Source: a virus. From it: a stretch of 64,000 bases of DNA. Made by a program: the position numbers and the translations under genes. The stretch lies in IMG/VR virus record IMGVR_UViG_3300013117_000371; one strand, 5' to 3'. The notes under the pieces are model-generated. The model saw only the letters and a list, made by a program, of their open reading frames with translations, made no database searches and was not told the origin of the DNA. Below are positions 51,867 through 58,803 of the stretch, piece after piece; positions within the stretch are counted from its first letter, which is position 1; every line of letters starts with the position of its first letter.

Positions 51867-52967
51867 GTGGCACTAGACATCACAAGTGTGACTCGCCAGG
51901 TAGCACATCGGCTTGACGAGACACAACTCGACGGGAGGGTGATCGGAGGAAGGGGCGGATTCTCCCGATTCTTCCGAGACCACCTGCCAGAGGGGATGGT
52001 CCTCATCTCCAACGCCCAATCCATAAAGCTCTTTGAAGCCCACTACGGAAAGGCCCCCTGGGAAGCCTATGGCTGGGGGAAGGAAGAAGTGGGGCGGAGC
52101 GAAGCCGGGCGGGCAGTACTGAAAGAAGTTGAGGACACCGGAGTCATCCCCTACATGTTGGCCTGGGAGTACATCGTACCCCCGGATTGCGAAGTCACCC
52201 TGGTCAACGCCGAAACCGTAAGTAACTCATTCTTCGGTGCAAGTTTCAAATCGGCCATCCACCTCGTTGGGGACCCGTTCCGATCCCCAAGGCCGGGGGC
52301 GATGTCGAATCTGCTCATGAACGCCGCAGAGAACGAGGTCTCTCTGCCTTTCACGATCGTGCGGAATCTACGAGAGCTGGGGTTCCACCCGGACCAGTGG
52401 CTGCCGATAGATGAGGATATCATCCAAGTGGTGGACGCCATCGAGGAGGATGCCCGAATGATTACGGTCGTCGTGCCAACTTGGGCAGATATGGAGTTGA
52501 TTGATTGGGCAACGCCCAATCGCTTCCCCAAAGATGACTTTGGGGTGTTTGCCACTACCGTGGCGGACATAGCACGGCATGGCCCCAACCGAGCTTACGG
52601 GCTCATCCTGGAAGCCTGCCAAACGAAGTTCACTCGGGAACGGTATCTCCGGAGAGGCACGCCGGAAAAGACCGCTGAGGAACTCGCCAAGTGTGACTAC
52701 GTGTCGGACTTTGCCAAGGACACGGTACCCATGGATGTGCTGGAAAAGGACCTCAATGCCGTATGGTCCCCCACCGGCCTGAATTACCCCCGTGGGAGCG
52801 ACCGCCGCATCATGACGGTCTACACACTGAACGACACCGACTGGGTTGTGCTGCTCCCGCCCCCAGCCTGGTGGAAAGATCACGAGAGGGCATGGTACCT
52901 GTACCGTGCCGCCACGTCCGCAAGGGAGGGCATACTTGTCGTGGACGAGGAGGAGGAAGGGTTCTGA
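51867..52967 (+). CDS. Degenerate, probably inactive SF1 (RecD/UvrD-like) helicase derivative
   Basis: IHLVGDPFR resembles motif III; IMTVY and YLYRAATSARE resemble the motif V/VI region; Walker A/B are not intact. Confidence 0.55.
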   Translation: MALDITSVTRQVAHRLDETQLDGRVIGGRGGFSRFFRDHLPEGMVLISNAQSIKLFEAHYGKAPWEAYGWGKEEVGRSEAGRAVLKEVEDTGVIPYMLAWEYIVPPDCEVTLVNAETVSNSFFGASFKSAIHLVGDPFRSPRPGAMSNLLMNAAENEVSLPFTIVRNLRELGFHPDQWLPIDEDIIQVVDAIEEDARMITVVVPTWADMELIDWATPNRFPKDDFGVFATTVADIARHGPNRAYGLILEACQTKFTRERYLRRGTPEKTAEELAKCDYVSDFAKDTVPMDVLEKDLNAVWSPTGLNYPRGSDRRIMTVYTLNDTDWVVLLPPPAWWKDHERAWYLYRAATSAREGILVVDEEEEGF

Positions 52968-53052
52968 AAAAGAGAGCCCTCACAGCCCGACCAGGCGACG
53001 CAAACTGGTGGGACTGAGAGACATCGGCAACCTCAACCTATGAGGTAATCCG

Positions 53053-53154
53053 ATGTTCAACGCTGTTCTACTGGGGCTGGAGGTGGGCTGGGAGCTGTGG
53101 GAGCTAATCGACGGGTTTCTGGACCCGGAAGGTGAAATTCCACTGTTCGGCTGA
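53053..53154 (+). CDS. 33-aa small ORF with RBS and start codon inside a hairpin
   Basis: GAGGT 53042-53046, ATG 53053; MFNAVLLGLEVGWELWELIDGFLDPEGEIPLFG*. Confidence 0.45.
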   Translation: MFNAVLLGLEVGWELWELIDGFLDPEGEIPLFG

Positions 53155-53169
53155 CTTCCGGCAAAGGGA

Positions 53170-53210
53170 GGGGGACGGTTCTGGGGACCGTCCCCCTTTC
53201 CCCCTTTTTT
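53170..53210 (+). terminator. Intrinsic terminator
   Basis: GGGGGACGGT / ACCGTCCCCC 10-bp stem, then a pyrimidine tract ending TTTTTT. Confidence 0.75.
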
Positions 53211-55146
53211 AGCTGTACCCCGCTCTGCGTGGCGGGAGCTGCTCAGGGAGGGGCCTTTCAATGACCGGCTGCATGGGGTTGAATTGCTCCATCAGCGCCC
53301 GGTGCATATCAATGTTCTTGTTGGCGATGTCCTGCAACACCATAGCCCGCTGCAAGGGGGACTGATGCTTCAGCGCCATGCTGATCTTGTGTACTGCCCC
53401 CGGGTCCACACCTTCGGGAGGCACCATAGCGAGTATCTCCGGCGTTCCCATCACCCCGTGCGTTCCCGACAACTGGTCGGGGGGAGGCGCTAAGGGGGAT
53501 TCCCCCGGTTGAGCCTCCTGGCCGGGTTGAGGCTGTCCCTCTCCAGGGGCTCCTCCCGGCGGTGCTTCCTGGCCAGGTTGAGGCTGCCCAGGTTGAGGCT
53601 GCCCCGGTGGAGGGCCGAGCCCCAATTCCTCCTGCAACCGCTGAATCGCCGCCTGGTTGCGCACTCGCATCTTCTGCTCCTCGAGTTGTGCTTCCCAAAC
53701 GGCCTCACTGTCAAGGCCCATTCGCTCGTGCACCACCCGGTACGCCAGGCCGCCCTGGGCCGCCATGCCGCTCAGGATGGAGAGCTTCTGGACCTCGTCC
53801 CCGGACATGATGGGTTGGAGGAAGACCTCGTTGGGCAGCCCCCAGCCCAGAATGGAGGCGCACTTCTTCATCACGAACCGAATGAACCGCTTGTGCAAGT
53901 GCATCAACGCTATGAACTCGGTGTCCAATGCCCGCAGAGAATGGGAAGCGCCCGACCACGACTTGCCGCCCCACACGAACTCGACCGGTGTGCGCGCTCC
54001 AATGAGGATACGCTCCATCAGCAACCTGACCTGCTGGTCAGGCATGAGCAGGCGATTGGGGTCCCCGAACTGGAGCAGCTGCGACGGGATGGGGGAAATG
54101 GCCACCGAGGCCGGGTCCTGCTCCCAAGTCTCCAGCTGGCTGCGCATCTTGTCCATCCACATCTTTGCGGCGCCGGACAGGTTCACACTGTGCCCAGCAT
54201 CTCCGGAAGCGGCCGGGGTGATCATCCGGAAAGGGATGAGCTGAGTCATCACCAGCGCCTCCTCCGCTTTCAAAACAATCTTCATATGGAAGCAGTCAGG
54301 CAACGTCCCGGCCAACGTCGGCCAGGGCCACCCTTCCCTGGTCTGCACGGACTTCTTGTAGGTGGAAGGAGTCAGCGCTGTTTCCTCAAAGATGAACACC
54401 TGGTCATTGAACAGGTTCATCTTCTTATTACGGAGGATGGCCTCAACAAACTCCTGCGGGGTGTCGGCAATGGCCTCCCGCTTCCCTAACTTGACCTGGT
54501 TCCGAAACTCTTTGGAGAAATCCACCTGGTACTTAGGCTGCAACGAGAAGCCGACGCGCCTCACCGACAGCTCAAAGGGGTCCCACCGCCGTAGGGTGAT
54601 GCGATTCCCCGCCTTGATGTAGAAATCCCTGACCACTGCTCGTTGGTAGCTCTTGCAGACCACACAACGCACCCGGAAGGACTTGTCCCACGGGTCCACC
54701 TTGAACTTGGCGATCTTGGCTAAGTGAGGCTTCCCGCACTTCTTGCAGAGGAAGTACTTGTTGAACGGGGCGATCACCGACACTGCAGCGTGCCCGTACA
54801 CATAGAGGTCAAGGTTGATCTGCACCCGCAACGCCTGAATATCCAAAAACTCCGTCAGGAGCTCCACCCAGTCGTCTATTTCAGACTCCCGAAGCCCGCC
54901 CCGCAAAGTGAGATCGGTAACCGGGTACAATGCTTTGCGGACAATGGCAGCATTGAGTAGGGGGTTGAAGATGGCGAAGTAGGCGCACCACCGCCATACC
55001 TCATGGAGGGTGTCGGGGAGTACTGTACTGGCGTAATCCAAAAAAGGCGACGGGGGCTTGCTCAACGTCAGCCGGGACCGATCGTAAGCGGCCAGTTTGG
55101 AAGGCGGCCGCCTCTGCGGCAACGATTTGACTCTGCCTTCACCCAC
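53209..55146 (-). CDS. Probable portal protein with a zinc-ribbon insertion and a Pro/Gln/Gly tail
   Basis: Size and portal-like segments (WCAYFAIFNPLLNAAIVRKALYPVTDL; INLDLYVYGHAAV; ILIGARTPVEFVWGG..SGASHSLRAL); CKKC..CVVC; structural context. Confidence 0.6.
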   Translation of the reverse strand: MGEGRVKSLPQRRPPSKLAAYDRSRLTLSKPPSPFLDYASTVLPDTLHEVWRWCAYFAIFNPLLNAAIVRKALYPVTDLTLRGGLRESEIDDWVELLTEFLDIQALRVQINLDLYVYGHAAVSVIAPFNKYFLCKKCGKPHLAKIAKFKVDPWDKSFRVRCVVCKSYQRAVVRDFYIKAGNRITLRRWDPFELSVRRVGFSLQPKYQVDFSKEFRNQVKLGKREAIADTPQEFVEAILRNKKMNLFNDQVFIFEETALTPSTYKKSVQTREGWPWPTLAGTLPDCFHMKIVLKAEEALVMTQLIPFRMITPAASGDAGHSVNLSGAAKMWMDKMRSQLETWEQDPASVAISPIPSQLLQFGDPNRLLMPDQQVRLLMERILIGARTPVEFVWGGKSWSGASHSLRALDTEFIALMHLHKRFIRFVMKKCASILGWGLPNEVFLQPIMSGDEVQKLSILSGMAAQGGLAYRVVHERMGLDSEAVWEAQLEEQKMRVRNQAAIQRLQEELGLGPPPGQPQPGQPQPGQEAPPGGAPGEGQPQPGQEAQPGESPLAPPPDQLSGTHGVMGTPEILAMVPPEGVDPGAVHKISMALKHQSPLQRAMVLQDIANKNIDMHRALMEQFNPMQPVIERPLPEQLPPRRAGYS

Positions 55147-55660
55147 CGTGCGCCTCCATCTGGGCGATCAACACCCGGTTCAACTTCCCCACATACTCCG
55201 CAGCTTCCTCGCGGAGACCGGGGGCCCTTATTGGTACCTTTACATACTCCGAAGACTTTTTCAACGGTTCCGGTAAAGTCCCCGCCCCATGCAGGTCGCT
55301 CACGGCCGCTGCGTACCGATAAACTTCGGGGGCGAACTGCTTATCCGTGTGCAACGCGAGCAACATCACCATCTGCGCCCCACCCACCAACTCAGGGATG
55401 CTCGGGGGCTCCAACAGCAAGAAGTTAGGGGTCCTGCCGTTGAGTGCCTGCACCACGTGAGAAAAGACCCGAAAGTCATCAAATGCGGCGTGGGAACAGC
55501 GAACGGTCTTTGCCCCTTGAATCTTGTTCCAATTGCCCTGGGAGCAAGGGCCGACAAACGACCTCAGCTTCGCTGCCCCCCACTCAACCCACCCAGCACC
55601 CCCTTCGTCCAAAAGGAACGCCAAGAACACTGGGTGGAGTGCGGGATCAGTCAGCTTCAC
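55139..55660 (-). CDS. Hypothetical protein coupled to the portal gene
   Basis: Stop/start overlap with the portal-like gene. Confidence 0.65.
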   Translation of the reverse strand: MKLTDPALHPVFLAFLLDEGGAGWVEWGAAKLRSFVGPCSQGNWNKIQGAKTVRCSHAAFDDFRVFSHVVQALNGRTPNFLLLEPPSIPELVGGAQMVMLLALHTDKQFAPEVYRYAAAVSDLHGAGTLPEPLKKSSEYVKVPIRAPGLREEAAEYVGKLNRVLIAQMEAHGG

Positions 55661-55669
55661 CTGTCGTCT

Positions 55670-56425
55670 CTACTCGGCGCCCTCGGCTTGGGCAAGGTGG
55701 TGGAACTGCATGAGCTGGCCGTCGTTCCACACTTCAACCACAAGGGTGAGGGGCAAGAAAGCGTCCAGCGCCGTGCTGAACTGGTCGGCCAGGATGTGCA
55801 GCATGGCCCAGTTCGGCTCCAACCGGGAGAAGTACAGGTCGGCGAGCATCGCCATTCCCGCCACGCCGGTTCCCCAGGTGCCCGGGGCAGTGATGGCAGT
55901 GGAGGCCATGACGTCGGCGGCAACCAAGGTGACCGCATCCGTGCCGCTCACGGCAAACATCTCCCGCAAGGTGGCGTCCGCCAGCAAGGCGGTGCGCAAC
56001 CCAGCCAAGGTCCCGGACTCGTCGTTCGGGATGGAAATGGTCAAGGTCTCGGTGGCAGCGGCCCACGCCAAAACAAAGGCGGCGCCGGCAGCAACGTTGA
56101 TGACCAGGTTGTAGTCCTTCCCCGTGTTGCCCTCCAAGGCGTAAAGGCGGAAGCCGGCCTTCGGGGCCCAGTAACCCAGGCCATAGTTGATCTGGTAGGC
56201 TCCGATGTAAATCTCGTGCGAGGCCACAGCGTCCACAATGATCGGGTGCTGGTCATCCCCGGCGGGCCCGTCCCCCAGGCAGAAGAAGGGGATGGTGTTC
56301 CGCTGGAGGCCACCCTCGCTGTTCATGAACGCCCGGTCGATGTAGCTTCGGACGTCCTTCAGGCGCTCAGTGAACCAGCCGTGGTAACTCATCGACAGGA
56401 ACGCTCCAAAGTTGTTGCTCGGCAT
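55670..56425 (-). CDS. Putative virion structural protein
   Basis: Ala/Thr-rich beta segments; lies in the portal operon. Confidence 0.45.
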   Translation of the reverse strand: MPSNNFGAFLSMSYHGWFTERLKDVRSYIDRAFMNSEGGLQRNTIPFFCLGDGPAGDDQHPIIVDAVASHEIYIGAYQINYGLGYWAPKAGFRLYALEGNTGKDYNLVINVAAGAAFVLAWAAATETLTISIPNDESGTLAGLRTALLADATLREMFAVSGTDAVTLVAADVMASTAITAPGTWGTGVAGMAMLADLYFSRLEPNWAMLHILADQFSTALDAFLPLTLVVEVWNDGQLMQFHHLAQAEGAE

Positions 56426-56427
56426 GT

Positions 56428-57378
56428 CTACTCCTCCATGATAGTTGTGAGCACCCTACGGTGCTCACGGCTCAGGATTCCTATGTTCCCCGTGGCTACG
56501 GCGTTGCGCACGGTGGCGCCCATCACCGCCGCCACTTTCTCCAAGGTGTCTTCAGGGACCTCCTCTTTGGGCGGCACCTCCCGGTGACCGAACGTGGTCA
56601 AGAAAGCGTCCGGGTGCCCCTTCAAGCACACCTCCTGGTCCAACTGGTCCAACATACTGGCGTGCTTCTCCAAGTCCTGCTCTCCCAGGATGGTGTCAAA
56701 AAGGCTCAGCGCATCCGGCCGATGGGCCTCTAAGAACGCACGGCGCCGATCGAGCAGGAACTGGCGACTGGTGTTCTCATCTACGGCAGCGTACTTGCTC
56801 AATGGGTCGGGGGCCTCTACTCCGTGCATCAGCAGCTGCAAAGCCACCGACCGCCTCTCGCAGGGGCGCAAAGCGCCTATCTGGCCGGCCAAGCTAGCGG
56901 CTAGCTTCTCCAGTTGGTCTCTTGAGTCAAAGCCGACGTTGGCCCCCCGCACCACGATGAAGTTTTTCGGCTGAGGCCGAGCCTTTGGCTCTCGTACCTC
57001 GTCAAACTCCGCTGAGGCAGTCTTGGAAAGGTCGGCCCCGCCCTTCACTTTGAGCCCGAACTTCCTCAACGCCGTCAAGAGTCGAGCGCTGACCTCATCC
57101 CTGACTTCTTCGGGGAGCTTCTTGCCCGTGTGTAGGAAATAGAACATGGAAACCAAGGCGTTGGCCTGGTCCGAAATCGGGTAGTACCTTCCCACAACCT
57201 TGCCTTTCTGTTTCCGCACCAGGGCGAACTCCTGGTCGGGGAACTTCTTATGGTCCGCCTTGTCTACCCGCACCCCCTTAGAGATCCCACGAGCGGCGAC
57301 CTTGGCAAGTTCCCTTCCCTCACCCACAGTCTGGGCCAAGAACTCACCGCCGTCATCGTAATAATCCAACTGTATCAT
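56428..57378 (-). CDS. Putative head-morphogenesis protein with six K-x-A sites (start 57378)
   Basis: GGAGG then MIQLDYY; LAKVAA, LSKTAS, LEKLAA, LSKYAA, LEKHAS, LEKVAA. Confidence 0.6.
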   Translation of the reverse strand: MIQLDYYDDGGEFLAQTVGEGRELAKVAARGISKGVRVDKADHKKFPDQEFALVRKQKGKVVGRYYPISDQANALVSMFYFLHTGKKLPEEVRDEVSARLLTALRKFGLKVKGGADLSKTASAEFDEVREPKARPQPKNFIVVRGANVGFDSRDQLEKLAASLAGQIGALRPCERRSVALQLLMHGVEAPDPLSKYAAVDENTSRQFLLDRRRAFLEAHRPDALSLFDTILGEQDLEKHASMLDQLDQEVCLKGHPDAFLTTFGHREVPPKEEVPEDTLEKVAAVMGATVRNAVATGNIGILSREHRRVLTTIMEE

Positions 57379-57421
57379 GTAGCGCCTCCGCCGAGCGGGG
57401 TTGCCTTTCTCACCCCCCATA

Positions 57422-57659
57422 ATACCCGGTTAAATCAAGCCGTCAAGAAATCGCAATCGGGGGGTGTGCCCGCAGTACTTCCATGTTAGTTACGACTCCG
57501 CCAGCAGCGGACACCCCCCGCCTTCAGGCCACCGAGGAGACGCCCAACTTGCTTGACATCTACAGTTTACATTGGTAGTGTGTGGACAGGAATCCCCCAC
57601 CGTGAGGTGGGGGAGGAGGCCAAGATACCTGGTTAAATCAGGCCGTCAAGAAATCGCAA
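57422..57659 (-). promoter_or_regulatory. 35-bp direct repeat (two copies), each a leftward TTGACG-16-TATYWT promoter
   Basis: 57422-57456 and 57625-57659, 2 mismatches; -10 hexamers TATTAT and TATCTT. Confidence 0.7.
57553..57581 (+). promoter_or_regulatory. Sigma70-like rightward promoter
   Basis: TTGACA (57553-57558), 17 nt, TAGTGT (57576-57581). Confidence 0.7.
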
Positions 57660-57674
57660 AAGGAGGGACCACAC

Positions 57675-58745
57675 ATGATTCTTAAGCACGGAACGATTCA
57701 CGCGGAAGTGCGGGTGTTACAGGGAAAGCTCAACAGGGCGGGTTATCCTGTAGGGCCCGAGGACGGAAAATTCTTCAACATGACGGATTTCGCAGTGCGG
57801 GCGTTCCAGGCTGCCTACGGGCTCGCAGTCGACGGGCACGTAGGGGTGGGGGACCACGCCGGCGAAACCATCCAGACGCTGGACGGCATCCTGGCCGCAG
57901 CACAGTCGCACATCACCAATGAGGTCGTCGACACCTTCGAGGAGGCCGCTGCCCTCCCCTTCGGGCTGCCGGCCAACAACTTCGACCGGCGCATCTCCGC
58001 CGCTGTCATGCAGCAGCAGAACTGCGACGGCGGGCAGGGATGTCGGTACGGGGGGTGGATCGACCCCTACCAGTTCGACAAGGAGCAGTTTGACAACAAC
58101 CAGGTCTTCGTCGTCCCCAAGGTGGGGAGGCTAGTCCCCGGCCATGAACTGGAAGCGCCCGTTCACGGCGGGACCTGCTCCCCCTGGGCGGGGCTGATGG
58201 TGGGCGGCATTGTCTGCGTCAACCAGGACTACAACTTCCGCATCGGCCGCAGCGGGCGCAAAATCGCCACTTCGAAGCATGATGCCAAGGTAGGTCGCCA
58301 CGTCGTTCCAGGGTACGGGGACTATTTCGAAGTGCACGGGAAACTGCGCCTGGAGCAGCGCCCGCTGAACATCCTGTACCAACATTGGGACTGGCTCAAC
58401 AAAGTCAACCTCGTGGAAATGGACCACCACGTCATCCTTATCCTCAAAGTAGGGGGGGAGGACGGACTGCGGCTAGAGGACCCCCACAACCCAGGCCAGC
58501 CTCTTCCGTCCGGGTTGTACCGGTGGGCGGCGGATGGGTACTACCCCAAGGTGGACACGGACGGGGACGGAGTAAGGGAGAAGTTCTACTCCGGCACCAA
58601 ACAGACCTTCCGGCGCATCAAGGAAGTGGACAAATGCCGCCAGAGGTGGGACTTCTACCGCCTCCAGGACATGGACCCGGACACCTGCTCCCCCACCGAC
58701 GGGCCATGGGCAAGCCGAGAACCGTGGCCGTTCGAGCTCGAGTAG
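57675..58745 (+). CDS. Peptidoglycan-binding-domain protein, putative endolysin or cell-wall hydrolase
   Basis: EVRVLQGKLNRAGYPVGPEDGKF..TDFAVRAFQAAYGLAVDGHVG (PG_binding_1); possible Cys/His dyad GTCSPW..HHVILI. Confidence 0.75.
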   Translation: MILKHGTIHAEVRVLQGKLNRAGYPVGPEDGKFFNMTDFAVRAFQAAYGLAVDGHVGVGDHAGETIQTLDGILAAAQSHITNEVVDTFEEAAALPFGLPANNFDRRISAAVMQQQNCDGGQGCRYGGWIDPYQFDKEQFDNNQVFVVPKVGRLVPGHELEAPVHGGTCSPWAGLMVGGIVCVNQDYNFRIGRSGRKIATSKHDAKVGRHVVPGYGDYFEVHGKLRLEQRPLNILYQHWDWLNKVNLVEMDHHVILILKVGGEDGLRLEDPHNPGQPLPSGLYRWAADGYYPKVDTDGDGVREKFYSGTKQTFRRIKEVDKCRQRWDFYRLQDMDPDTCSPTDGPWASREPWPFELE

Positions 58746-58790
58746 TTCGGTCCTTTGATGGCCTGGCTGCCTCAAAAACTTTCCTTATTT

Positions 58791-58799
58791 TGCTATAAG
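58791..58799 (+). promoter_or_regulatory. TGCTATAAG promoter-like motif
   Basis: AT-rich intergenic segment ahead of the plus-strand small-gene cluster. Confidence 0.5.
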
Positions 58800-58803
58800 T
58801 ACT

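Noticed and set aside
53510-53625. Short tandem DNA repeats (AGGCTGCCC..GGTTG)
   Set aside because: Explained by the PQPGQ low-complexity linker of the portal-like protein.
57422-57659. 35-bp direct repeats as a mini CRISPR array
   Set aside because: Only two copies, a 168-nt gap, promoter-like content and no cas genes.
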